32,000 bases of DNA, taken from assembly GCA_016933055.1 (NCBI GenBank), contig JAFGBS010000009.1, forward strand, positions 60,001-92,000. Reading direction: 5' to 3'. Below are positions 6,991 to 16,516 of the stretch, in pieces. Numbering within the stretch: position 1 is the stretch's first letter; each line of letters opens with the position of its first letter. The notes beneath the pieces are model-generated. The model saw nothing but the letters and a program-made list of their open reading frames with translations, did not search any database and had not been told where the DNA came from. The translations under genes were made by a program, and so were the position numbers. The stretch comes from Promethearchaeota archaeon (GTDB lineage Archaea > Asgardarchaeota > Lokiarchaeia > Sigyniarchaeales > Promethearchaeaceae).

Positions 6991-9075
6991 TTATTTCTTT
7001 AACCCTTGTTTTTTCAAAATAGTACTTGCTATGGCAATCAGTGAGATCACACCCACTGATATTACTACCGGTAAAGGATATCCGGGTATTGTGAACAATT
7101 CTACTAGCACCATTGCATTATTTGATGCAAATGACTCTCCATTTTCATTCACTGCAGTTACTACATAGAAATAAATGCCGTTCGATAAACCGCTGTCTTT
7201 ATAATTGGATGCCGTACTTGTTCCGATCGGTTCTAAACCATCTAATTCGGGAATTTCATCTTGAGAGCGATATATATTATAGGAGTTGGCATTGGTTATA
7301 TCATTCCAATCCAAGCTTATTTTTCCATCTCGATCTTTTTGAGGAGAAATTGGAGACAAGATAGGAGCTTCAGGCACTTCACCAGTAGGTAATTCTTGAG
7401 ATTGAGATAAATAGGGGATATACCCTGGATTAGTTGCAACGATGGTATAATTTTCCAGGAGATTTAACTCATAAGGCAATTCAACTTGACCTGTACTATT
7501 TGTACTTCCTTGCCAGATTACCGTATTAGAATCATCGGTAACAGTTACTGTTACAGATTCAATTGGTCCCGAGCCATCTGTGAATATATCCAAAAGAGCT
7601 GAAGAACCATCAATATCTGATAATGTTCCATTCAATATTTCGGGAATATCCATCCAGACATGTAATTCAGGGTCTCCAAAGTAATTAAATTGCTTAAGGG
7701 TTTTTTCACTCCATCGAGGTTCGGGGATCCATTCTGGAAATCCTAAGGCAATTCGATCGGCTTGATAATCCTCCTTTGCAAGAGCAAAGGCTTTTCCCGG
7801 TTGATCAAAAGAATCTAACTGTTCAAAGAATCGGTAAGCTAATCCTTCATCATACCAACCCCCATAAGAACGCTCGGTCCAATTATCTTCTCCCCACACA
7901 ATTCTATCCCCTCCAATAGAACCGATAGATACAGTTTTTAGCATATATTCGGCTAAACTATCTACATTTGGAGTGGTAAAATTTCCATTACTGCATCCCA
8001 TTAAGTAACTTATACTGAACATATTTGCATCCATAGAGTAATCTGCAGTGTCAGTATAGATCATTGCCACTGAGTAAGAATGGTCATAACGAGACTCCAT
8101 TTCCCCATACCAGTCAAAAAGTTCGTCACCATCATAATCACTATCCCAAATAGTACGATAAATTCCTTTTGCATTTCCATGGCCAAATATACCCAAAATG
8201 GAGGTTCCATTCATGATACCTTCTTCTAAACTTCCAGCCGTCAAGGATGCATTATGTGGATAATCGGACACGCCTGCGGCTATACCTTGGTCTTCAGCAA
8301 GATGTGTTACTATCCAATCATTATAAAATTGACTGGATACATAATTAAAAAACCGATTAGCATCTGCTTCGGGATAATCCAACACCCCATCCCCGGGTGC
8401 GTAATAATCCCCATCAAAATAGGTCATTGCTCCTCCAAATAAAGCTTTTTTCATCCAGTCGCCCACAGGAGGGTTGGATTCATACATTATAATTCGATTA
8501 GCTAACATTTGCATCTCATTAACGTTACTGGCAGACAATCTTCCCACATATACATCTGCGGTTACATTCCAGTTGTCGTCATCCTCTCCATAAATATGAT
8601 CCCCATCAGAATCCCAATCATTCATATTTACATAATAGGAATCACATCCAACATAATCTCCATCCCCATAGGAATAGTACCCTTCATCCACATACGCTAA
8701 TCGAGTGGGTACATCTTGGTGATCCCCTGCAAGGAGGACGAATTGGGTTCCATTATTTGTGTAATAATCATTTATACACGCTTTGATTTTTGCAGCAGTA
8801 TCATATTCCCCCAAATATATAGGATTTAATAAAATGTCCTCCACCGTGACAATTCGAGCGTTTAAACCCTTTTGGGACTTCCACAACGCAAGGGGTTCAA
8901 GTTTAGCTTCATACTCCTCCGTAGTAATAATTAAATATTCTACATCACCATCCAAAAAAGAGGAGGAGAGGGGCTGTTTGGTAATTAGTACTACAGAATG
9001 ATTTGTTGGGACTAAAAAAACTACTCCTATTAGTATAATGAGAGAGAATAGAATTGAAATATTGTATTTCTTCAT
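6991..9075 (-). CDS. Secreted C25 family (gingipain-like) cysteine protease with FN3 domain and Loki-CTERM-type anchor
   Basis: Signal-like N-terminus (ATG 9075 preferred over GTG 9087); YLIIT...LALWKSQKG, FVLLAGD..VP, VYVGRL, His motif FGHGN, Cys motif MGCSNGNF, YFGDPEL; FN3 (YNIYRS...YFYVVTAVN); C-terminal IPGYP+TM+KKQGLKK. Confidence 0.88.
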   Translation of the reverse strand: MKKYNISILFSLIILIGVVFLVPTNHSVVLITKQPLSSSFLDGDVEYLIITTEEYEAKLEPLALWKSQKGLNARIVTVEDILLNPIYLGEYDTAAKIKACINDYYTNNGTQFVLLAGDHQDVPTRLAYVDEGYYSYGDGDYVGCDSYYVNMNDWDSDGDHIYGEDDDNWNVTADVYVGRLSASNVNEMQMLANRIIMYESNPPVGDWMKKALFGGAMTYFDGDYYAPGDGVLDYPEADANRFFNYVSSQFYNDWIVTHLAEDQGIAAGVSDYPHNASLTAGSLEEGIMNGTSILGIFGHGNAKGIYRTIWDSDYDGDELFDWYGEMESRYDHSYSVAMIYTDTADYSMDANMFSISYLMGCSNGNFTTPNVDSLAEYMLKTVSIGSIGGDRIVWGEDNWTERSYGGWYDEGLAYRFFEQLDSFDQPGKAFALAKEDYQADRIALGFPEWIPEPRWSEKTLKQFNYFGDPELHVWMDIPEILNGTLSDIDGSSALLDIFTDGSGPIESVTVTVTDDSNTVIWQGSTNSTGQVELPYELNLLENYTIVATNPGYIPYLSQSQELPTGEVPEAPILSPISPQKDRDGKISLDWNDITNANSYNIYRSQDEIPELDGLEPIGTSTASNYKDSGLSNGIYFYVVTAVNENGESFASNNAMVLVELFTIPGYPLPVVISVGVISLIAIASTILKKQGLKK

Positions 9076-9447
9076 ATCTTTTTCCACTTTCCATTTTTGT
9101 TACTTTTGTTATCTTACCGATAATAATATAATCAGAATTATAATATTTTTCTGCTAGTGGTATGACGAAATTCAATAAAATCAAAAGTATAAAATCTAAA
9201 CAATTCTCAGATTGACCAAATAAAGTACTCGACATGCGAGAAAAGATCTTCCATCTAATAATAAATAGATCCCCTGAAAGTGAAAAACTCCCCTAACGAG
9301 AAGTTTTAAGGATGAATGATATATTTGTGCAAATCAAGATGAAAAGACAGCAATCTGGATGAACTTGTCGGAATCACCTAATTTTAATGAAAATCGGTAC
9401 ACCATTAACTTAGAAACCTTTAAAACACTTATGGTTGACCTATTTTC

Positions 9448-9987
9448 ATGGTAGAAAAACTGAAAGAAAGTCCGAAAAATTGGGTAGTTTTCCTTTTCAT
9501 CGCCATCGGACTAATTATATGTATTAGTCTCATCTTATTTGTTTTTAGTAATTTACCCTCTGTACCTTATGGGATAGTAGATTATGAATTTGCATGGAGC
9601 ATCGAACATGTACAAGCAATATTTGCTGCATGGGGTTCAGAAGGGATTTCTGCTCATATTCTAGGTGTATGGTGGGATTTTTTATTCATCTTCGGTTATT
9701 CCCTCCTCGTTTCGGGTTGTATATTGCTAGTAGTGCGTATGAATTCAGAACAGATCTCATCTATCGGTATATTTCTGATAATTGTTCCCTTTATAGCGGG
9801 ATTATTTGATGCAGTCGAAAACAGTTTTTTATTGGTAATGTTAAAGAATCCAGTTGAAATAAATCCAGTTTTCCCTATAGTCGCAACGATTTCTGCGGGA
9901 GTAAAATTTGGATTGTTGATATTGGGAGTCGCCTATTTCCTAATAGGATTAATCCTTGGATTGATCCAAAAGGTGCGAAATCGATGA
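9448..9987 (+). CDS. Hypothetical membrane protein (~4 TM)
   Basis: Four hydrophobic segments; DFLFIFGY and GLFDAVEN motifs resemble a widespread uncharacterised family. Confidence 0.75.
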   Translation: MVEKLKESPKNWVVFLFIAIGLIICISLILFVFSNLPSVPYGIVDYEFAWSIEHVQAIFAAWGSEGISAHILGVWWDFLFIFGYSLLVSGCILLVVRMNSEQISSIGIFLIIVPFIAGLFDAVENSFLLVMLKNPVEINPVFPIVATISAGVKFGLLILGVAYFLIGLILGLIQKVRNR

Positions 9988-10062
9988 AGTCCCACTTCTA
10001 TCAAATAAGCTTTATTAATTACAATCTTAAAACATACCTTATAGTTTCTAAGGTTAGATAAA

Positions 10063-13000
10063 GTGAACCATCGAAAACGAACATTATTTGTGTTATTTAT
10101 TGAAGTGTTATTCCTTTTAGGAGGGTGTTTAGCAATTTTTGCTCAATTCTGGTTTCCCGCAAATGGAGGGTTCACCCGAAATGTTCTGTTCATACATTCT
10201 GATGAATCCCTAGATAGTCAAGGATACTTTATATTTGTGGATGAACTCAGCGATCGAGCTCAGAAACATGATGTAGATTTTGTTCTTCACGGTCGCGGTT
10301 CCCTCAGTATTGCAGGAAAGACATCAGCCACTTTTCAGACAAATAGTTACACGACCAATACTCCTGTTTCAGTTAAAGCTACGTTCTTAAGTCCAATTAC
10401 AACTATAACACGGTTTGAGGGAGGATTCTATCCAGACTTTCGCAGAGATAGTATTTATCATGAAGATAATACAACGAATTACATTAAGGCACGATATTCC
10501 GGAGAAAACACGCCTGTAATGGGTTCGGTTATTTATCCTCACAATGATACAGATGTGGTGCATCCCATTCCCTCTGTATCTGGCGTAAATTGGAATCAGT
10601 TTGGGAAGATTGGCTCAAATGATCTGATCTATTATCAATCAGAGCGTAACCTTACCACAATATATGACGGTTCTTTAAATGTATCGTCAGACGCAAAAAT
10701 TCTTTTCATTCATCAGAATTCTACTGATGGATTGGATTACTTTTATGCGGACTGTCTAACCCATTTAACCTATTCTGACCAAAAATTTTTTCAATCCGGA
10801 TATCCGGTGTCTATTTTGATAAATTACCACAATAAGACCGATTATATTACAGGTTATGTTCATCTGAGTGAGGAGTACCCCGAACATACAGTGGAAGTGA
10901 GAATTCGCCTACCCTTCAGCGATAATTCACCCTATACCTATGTGTTTGATACAGAAGATCCAACTGTTGATATACAGGATCAATTTTTTATCAAAGAGAC
11001 AAAAGAATCCTTCTCTTTTTCTATAAGTATTAATCCCATAAATCCAGAATCTCGAATAGTTGAATCCAGTCCCTTAGTAAATTATAATACCGATCCAAAT
11101 ATTTTCGCTTTCCCAGAAAGATCCTTATGGGAGATTCCCGTTTCTACTCTAGAAAATGCGGATTCCATGTATCTCCTTTCTGATCCTACGGAAATAATGA
11201 ATCTGCAAACAAAAATTAGCGAAAATCAAGAGCCTTGGAAATCTTGGTATGATGCTATTATTTCTGATGTAGATACTTTTGTTACACAAGATATCTCTGA
11301 ATGGGATGAAGATCAGCGAGATGATATAATACGAACATTAATAGCGAAATACGCGATAGATGGGGGAGTACCGTATTTGGAAAAGATTGTGGAAATTCTT
11401 CAAGATATGGATGCCATGGATCCTTTGTATGAAAAAGATTTACGCAGATCTTACGCACTGCAAGCTTATTCCATCGCATTTGACTTAATTCGGGGTAATC
11501 TAACAGTATCTGAGCGGGAAAATATTGAACAATTACTCTATAATCATGCTTTACCCTTGACAAATATGCAAATATATTCGGATAATAACCATCGATGTGT
11601 AGATGCTGCGGGATTGGGATTGACGGGTTTAGTAATACAAAATAAACATTTCGTGGATCTTGCTACAGAAACTATTCTTACCTATTTATACGAGAAACCC
11701 CGAGACGATGGAGGCAGTTATGAAGGCCAAAGTTATCTCGCATTTGCACTTCACCAATCTATTGAATACATGGTAGCATTAGATCATATTGGAGGGTATG
11801 ATTTTTTCAGTAATGAAAAATATCTAACATGTCTTAAATTCATGGCGAATTGTTTATCTCCCTTGAGTACGGTTCCCTTGTATGAGGATAGTTATCTCAC
11901 TGGAGATGCAGCAGAAGTACTGATAATGGCAGCACCTCGAATTTCTAATTCCTCTTATTTTGAATATTATCCGAATTATCTCCAATGGTTATATGAGATC
12001 CGTCAGAATAATTCCGCATTATTGGGTATAGAATCTTATTATTATCTTAATGGGAATAGTGCTGATCTACGTAGATTAGTAATCTACAACCCAATTCAAG
12101 AAATTAACGCAACTATTCCAAATTTTGGAACACAAATATTTACTCAAACAAATATGGCATTCTTCCGAGAAAAATATACGCAAAATCCCACTAATTCCCT
12201 TTATTTATCTCTATCTTGTAAGAATTTCATGCAAAGTCATCCTCACTATGATGAAAATTCGTTTGAATTATGGGGATATGGAGCGTGGTTGATTCATAAT
12301 CCTGGATATCCAAACTTTGGTAAATCGGGTCATGATTATACCATTTCCACTGAAGCCTCCAATACTTTATTAATAAGCGATGAAGGTCAAAAAATTCCCC
12401 AAGCACAAGGATTTACATTAACAATCACCTCACCCTATTTTGATGTAGTTAAGGCCGATGCAACACAAATATACGACTCTCCTGGATCTTGGATATCAGC
12501 TTGGGCTGTAAACGGATTCATTTATCTTTCCACTGCCCTACTCGGCATTGCTGGGATTATATTAACCCTCCGTAATCCAGCCAAGAAAGAAAATCACAAT
12601 CACACAATAGATAGAAAGACATGGCGACTTTTTAGAACGGATGGAGAGACCCAAATTTCCGTATTACAATCTCAGCCTCCCTCTTCATGGGAATTAAGAT
12701 TAGCGGGTGCGAAAGACAATCTCATTAATATTGGATTACTAGCTACGGTCAATATCATCTACTTCGTATTTGTGATCGCACGGTTTGAATTTTATATGGC
12801 ATATTCTGATAATCCCTTGAAAATTGTTATTCCGATTCGTGGGGTTTTATATGGGGGATTATTAATCATGCCAGTGGTGCTAGTATTTCTGGCATACCGT
12901 GGGTACGTAAACGCTTTTAATAGAAATATCCATCGTTTCCTAGATTTCCCCAATTCATCTAAAGAATTGCGGGGAAAAACCCGAAAAATGATTGCTCGAA

Positions 13001-13389
13001 ACTTTCTTGTTCATACCCCATGGATTGCTGTTTCCTCTATTGTGATTGGTCTTACGATAGTTCGATATTTCGTTGAATTCGAATCCATTTTCTTTGAAAC
13101 GGTAGGTGGAGTGGGAGAAACTGTCTATTATCTATTTGGATGGGTGCAAAAATATTCAATAGTACTTGGAATATTATTGGTTACCCAAATTCCGTTTACT
13201 TACGTTAGTCTTCGTAGGTTGAACTCCGAACTTATTTGTAAAACAAATACTATCACTTCCGATCAATACATCAAAATGAAAACCCTAACAATTTGCCTCC
13301 TACTAAAATCGGTTTACATCCTAGTATATTTCGGTTTTTTCATGATACTATTGTATTTTGCATCCTTAATCGGGATTGAGATGCTGTAA
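10063..13389 (+). CDS. Membrane-anchored heparinase II/III-like / alginate-lyase-like polysaccharide lyase with permuted domain order and ~6-TM C-terminal domain
   Basis: Toroid motifs SDNNH, DGGSYEGQSY, VPLYEDS; beta-domain motifs SHPHYDENSFELWGYGAWLIHNPGY, EASNTLL, VVKADATQIY; N-terminal FTRNVLF...YFIFVDEL...VLHG; GTG start. Confidence 0.8.
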   Translation: MNHRKRTLFVLFIEVLFLLGGCLAIFAQFWFPANGGFTRNVLFIHSDESLDSQGYFIFVDELSDRAQKHDVDFVLHGRGSLSIAGKTSATFQTNSYTTNTPVSVKATFLSPITTITRFEGGFYPDFRRDSIYHEDNTTNYIKARYSGENTPVMGSVIYPHNDTDVVHPIPSVSGVNWNQFGKIGSNDLIYYQSERNLTTIYDGSLNVSSDAKILFIHQNSTDGLDYFYADCLTHLTYSDQKFFQSGYPVSILINYHNKTDYITGYVHLSEEYPEHTVEVRIRLPFSDNSPYTYVFDTEDPTVDIQDQFFIKETKESFSFSISINPINPESRIVESSPLVNYNTDPNIFAFPERSLWEIPVSTLENADSMYLLSDPTEIMNLQTKISENQEPWKSWYDAIISDVDTFVTQDISEWDEDQRDDIIRTLIAKYAIDGGVPYLEKIVEILQDMDAMDPLYEKDLRRSYALQAYSIAFDLIRGNLTVSERENIEQLLYNHALPLTNMQIYSDNNHRCVDAAGLGLTGLVIQNKHFVDLATETILTYLYEKPRDDGGSYEGQSYLAFALHQSIEYMVALDHIGGYDFFSNEKYLTCLKFMANCLSPLSTVPLYEDSYLTGDAAEVLIMAAPRISNSSYFEYYPNYLQWLYEIRQNNSALLGIESYYYLNGNSADLRRLVIYNPIQEINATIPNFGTQIFTQTNMAFFREKYTQNPTNSLYLSLSCKNFMQSHPHYDENSFELWGYGAWLIHNPGYPNFGKSGHDYTISTEASNTLLISDEGQKIPQAQGFTLTITSPYFDVVKADATQIYDSPGSWISAWAVNGFIYLSTALLGIAGIILTLRNPAKKENHNHTIDRKTWRLFRTDGETQISVLQSQPPSSWELRLAGAKDNLINIGLLATVNIIYFVFVIARFEFYMAYSDNPLKIVIPIRGVLYGGLLIMPVVLVFLAYRGYVNAFNRNIHRFLDFPNSSKELRGKTRKMIARNFLVHTPWIAVSSIVIGLTIVRYFVEFESIFFETVGGVGETVYYLFGWVQKYSIVLGILLVTQIPFTYVSLRRLNSELICKTNTITSDQYIKMKTLTICLLLKSVYILVYFGFFMILLYFASLIGIEML

Positions 13390-13390
13390 A

Positions 13391-13397
13391 TTTTTTT
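13391..13397 (+). terminator. T-tract terminator candidate after the lyase gene
   Basis: T7 run starting 2 nt after TAA at 13387-13389. Confidence 0.45.
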
Positions 13398-13560
13398 CTA
13401 TATTTCTCTACTCCACGCAACTCCGTATTAATGAGGAAATTCTCTTTCTATTAGATTTTTAGGTTGTGGAAACAAACCTATAAATAACGTTATTGCGGTA
13501 GTTCGTATAATACCAAGTTATTTACCACTAACCAATTATACTTACATAATTAAGATTCGA

Positions 13561-14925
13561 ATGAATCAGAATCGTACCTTGGACTGGGACACGATGAAAC
13601 TAGGAAAAAACGGGAGAGCTCTCCTCTTATTTGGGATATTTTTCATTGCGAGTGGATTCGCATTTACTTCATATTATCTCATCATTTTTGGTCTATTCTG
13701 TCTATTCGCGATTGTTTATAGTATGCCACAATTTGATTCCTCTTTGAATGTGGATGATTTAAAGGTGGAGCGCATTCTTGAAGCAAATACCGTGTTTAAA
13801 GACTCATTCCTCCATATCAAGGTTAAAATCGCTAATACTGGTGGATCTCAGTTTAATTTCATTGACATCTTTGATGACTACCCCGCTGAAGTATTTCGAG
13901 TAGTTGCGGGGGAAAATTTCATCTCCACACGTATTAATCCTCATCAGACCATCGTATTTTCTTATGTGTTAGCTCCTAAAATAAGGGGGGAATACGATAT
14001 CGGACCTCTGACCGTAGTGGTAAAAGATCGATTGGGATTCAACGCAGAACAACGAACTATCCCTGACTCTATGGAAAAAATTCTAATTTATCCTCCATAT
14101 GAAATGATAAGAAAAATCGAGGCTATGGCGCAACAACGTGCTGTAAATCGCACTTTTGGTGTGCACCGTTCTCGGATGAAAGGTATGGGGACAGAATTTT
14201 ATGGGATGCGAAAATATGTCTATGGAGATCAATTTCGAGCGATTGATTGGAAAGCAAGTGTAAGATCCCAAGAGTTGATCGTTAGAGAGTTTGAAACTGA
14301 CCGAGCTATTGATGTTACTGTATTTGTGGATTCTTCAGAATCTATGGGTGGAGGAGCTCGAGAAAATACTAAATTTGAATATTCCGTTCAAGCCGCGATG
14401 CTGTTAGCGAAAATCGCCTTAGATAGAAAAGATCGAGTGGGATGTGTGACTTTTTCCGATAAACGCCATTTCCGATTCCTAAAACCCAGCGGCAAGAAAG
14501 GTCAATTTTACCGAATATTAGACTTTCTCGCGCGAGTTATGCCGCGTGGTGAAAAAAATGTGTATGATTCTTGTGAAGAATTTGTGAAAAAATTCCAAAA
14601 ACGCGGGCTTATCATTATTTTATCGGATCTCGAAACTACTCGGAATGATATCTTGCGAGGTATAAAAAAATTACGAACATATGGTAACCAAGTTATGGTA
14701 ATGTCTCCCTTCAGTCCTTGGTTTGAAGCACATGAATTGGATTTATCTCCGGCAGATAAAGCTATTGCAGAAGCTATTGCCGAAGAAATGATGGAACATT
14801 TAGTTGCGGTTAGGCCGGACCTGCAAAAATATCAGTGTAACCTAATCAACGTGGGACCGGATGATATGTTAAATGTTGTACTTCAAGAATATTCCCGAGC
14901 ACGCAAGAGAGGAAAAGGAGAGTGA
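13561..14925 (+). CDS. DUF58 domain-containing protein (N-terminal TM, Ig-like segment, VWA-like domain)
   Basis: GTEFYGMRKYVYGDQFRAIDWKAS, LIVREFE, MIDAS-like VDSSES, IIILSDL. Confidence 0.9.
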   Translation: MNQNRTLDWDTMKLGKNGRALLLFGIFFIASGFAFTSYYLIIFGLFCLFAIVYSMPQFDSSLNVDDLKVERILEANTVFKDSFLHIKVKIANTGGSQFNFIDIFDDYPAEVFRVVAGENFISTRINPHQTIVFSYVLAPKIRGEYDIGPLTVVVKDRLGFNAEQRTIPDSMEKILIYPPYEMIRKIEAMAQQRAVNRTFGVHRSRMKGMGTEFYGMRKYVYGDQFRAIDWKASVRSQELIVREFETDRAIDVTVFVDSSESMGGGARENTKFEYSVQAAMLLAKIALDRKDRVGCVTFSDKRHFRFLKPSGKKGQFYRILDFLARVMPRGEKNVYDSCEEFVKKFQKRGLIIILSDLETTRNDILRGIKKLRTYGNQVMVMSPFSPWFEAHELDLSPADKAIAEAIAEEMMEHLVAVRPDLQKYQCNLINVGPDDMLNVVLQEYSRARKRGKGE

Positions 14926-14929
14926 AATC

Positions 14930-16438
14930 TTGAAAACAATCATCATCATAATGAAAGCTTTATTAGCAGCTACCTTAGTTTGGATGCTTTTTGTATTCAC
15001 CCCCATAATGGATACTTCTATTGTTGATTTAACCTCAATAACAACTCTACTCCTAACGCTGCGAAATATCTTTCTGGTTGGCATTTATTACTTTTTACTG
15101 TATTTGTTTGAGTTTATTGGAATTCTCACTTCCATTTCATTTATCCCTCTACCATCCAATCCCTATTTTAATCAAAATTTTCAAACAGTATTTTATACGT
15201 CTACATTTAGGGATATCCTATTTACCAACTGGTTTCCCCAAGTGCAGTTAAGTGAAAGAGCGGTGGAGTTAATTGGGGACCCTCTTCTATCAGGAATGAG
15301 ATTTAGTATAGATGATTATATTCAATATGTAGTTCCTGAGTTACGTGCTCTAGGTAATTCGTTTTATATCATCTTATTTCAGGTTTTAGCTGTATTAATG
15401 ATTATTTATGGAATCCTTAGTGTTGTTAGAACAGATCCACGCTATAGTCTGCGTACTATCCTATTTCTGAACTTAATGATCATATTTCCCTTAATGCTAT
15501 ACGGTATTGAAAATCTGGTTGCTGTATTTGTAGAAAATTTTAATTTTGGACAGTATATCGGGATTAATGATGTCGTAGAGGGAGTAGCTGTAGGGGAATT
15601 CTTACCCTATCCAATTCAACCCGAAATCGTGTTTATGGAAATCCCTGAAAATTTTGGAGCTTTTCTAATTAGTCCCATTTTCCAAATCGCATTGGCATCA
15701 TTTTTGTACTTGGAATTTACCTTTCAATTAAATTATGTCGATCAAGTAACTTCTCCCTCTGAGCAGCGAGCTGAACGGTTATATGAACAGGTTCAGACGC
15801 TTAAACGGGCATCTCGAGAAGCAGTAATTAATTTAGAAAAAATTGAGGCCGGAGAACCTATTGAAATAATAGAACAGGAATTGGATGAGGAAGGAAATGT
15901 GATTGAAAAAATAAAAGTCGAATCCGTCAGGAAATTCTTATCAAAAACTGCGACGGGATTCTCCTTTATTCGGGAAATGATAGAACGTAGAAAACTAGAA
16001 GAAAAAACAAAACGCGCAGTTGAAGCGTTACAAGACACTCGTAGATTATCTAATTACTTGAATCGTTTATTCGAACAAGATCCCGAGGCAGAACAGACTC
16101 TTACAGCAAAAAGCTCCGCCCCCCGAGCTGGACGCCTTATTCGATCAACGGTGATTGATATGGTGTTCCGGATTGTAGGTATTACTTTTTTAGTGTTTAT
16201 AATCTCATTAACTCCTTGGGTGATTGAACATATTTTTCGAGCACCAGAGTCAATTGTGAATAGTGTGGAAATGTTTACTCCCGAAGTGATATTAACCTTA
16301 TTTATCCCTCTGGTATTGATGTTCCCCTTCATCTCAATCATTATCCGTCAAACGAAAGCCCAACAACTAAGAAAGAAACTAAAACAAGAAGAGGAAACAC
16401 GAACGGTAACTGAAACGAAGGAATTCATAGCCGCGTAG
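14930..16438 (+). CDS. Hypothetical polytopic membrane protein with a large charged, probably coiled-coil loop
   Basis: ORF 14873-16438 in track; TTG at 14930 preceded by AAGGAG (14915-14920) avoids overlap with DUF58; several TM segments around an E/K/R-rich helical region. Confidence 0.75.
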   Translation: MKTIIIIMKALLAATLVWMLFVFTPIMDTSIVDLTSITTLLLTLRNIFLVGIYYFLLYLFEFIGILTSISFIPLPSNPYFNQNFQTVFYTSTFRDILFTNWFPQVQLSERAVELIGDPLLSGMRFSIDDYIQYVVPELRALGNSFYIILFQVLAVLMIIYGILSVVRTDPRYSLRTILFLNLMIIFPLMLYGIENLVAVFVENFNFGQYIGINDVVEGVAVGEFLPYPIQPEIVFMEIPENFGAFLISPIFQIALASFLYLEFTFQLNYVDQVTSPSEQRAERLYEQVQTLKRASREAVINLEKIEAGEPIEIIEQELDEEGNVIEKIKVESVRKFLSKTATGFSFIREMIERRKLEEKTKRAVEALQDTRRLSNYLNRLFEQDPEAEQTLTAKSSAPRAGRLIRSTVIDMVFRIVGITFLVFIISLTPWVIEHIFRAPESIVNSVEMFTPEVILTLFIPLVLMFPFISIIIRQTKAQQLRKKLKQEEETRTVTETKEFIAA

Positions 16439-16439
16439 A

Positions 16440-16465
16440 TTTTTTTCTTTTATTAAACTTTTTTT
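16440..16465 (+). terminator. T-rich terminator candidate after the DUF58 operon
   Basis: Two T-tracts directly after TAG at 16436-16438. Confidence 0.5.
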
Positions 16466-16516
16466 ATACTAGGGTATACAACTCTTCATATAACTGTTGA
16501 ACATGGAGTGCATAGT

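Noticed and set aside
8945-9235. 96-aa minus-strand ORF overlapping the C25 protease start
   Set aside because: Different frame overlapping a well-supported gene and its promoter region; no motif.
13466-13476. GTGGAAACAAA resembling an archaeal ORB core
   Set aside because: Single copy, lacks the TCCA and G-string parts, no cdc6/orc1 nearby.
14873-14929. Upstream start of the 521-aa membrane ORF
   Set aside because: Overlaps DUF58 by 53 nt; TTG 14930 has a well-spaced SD.
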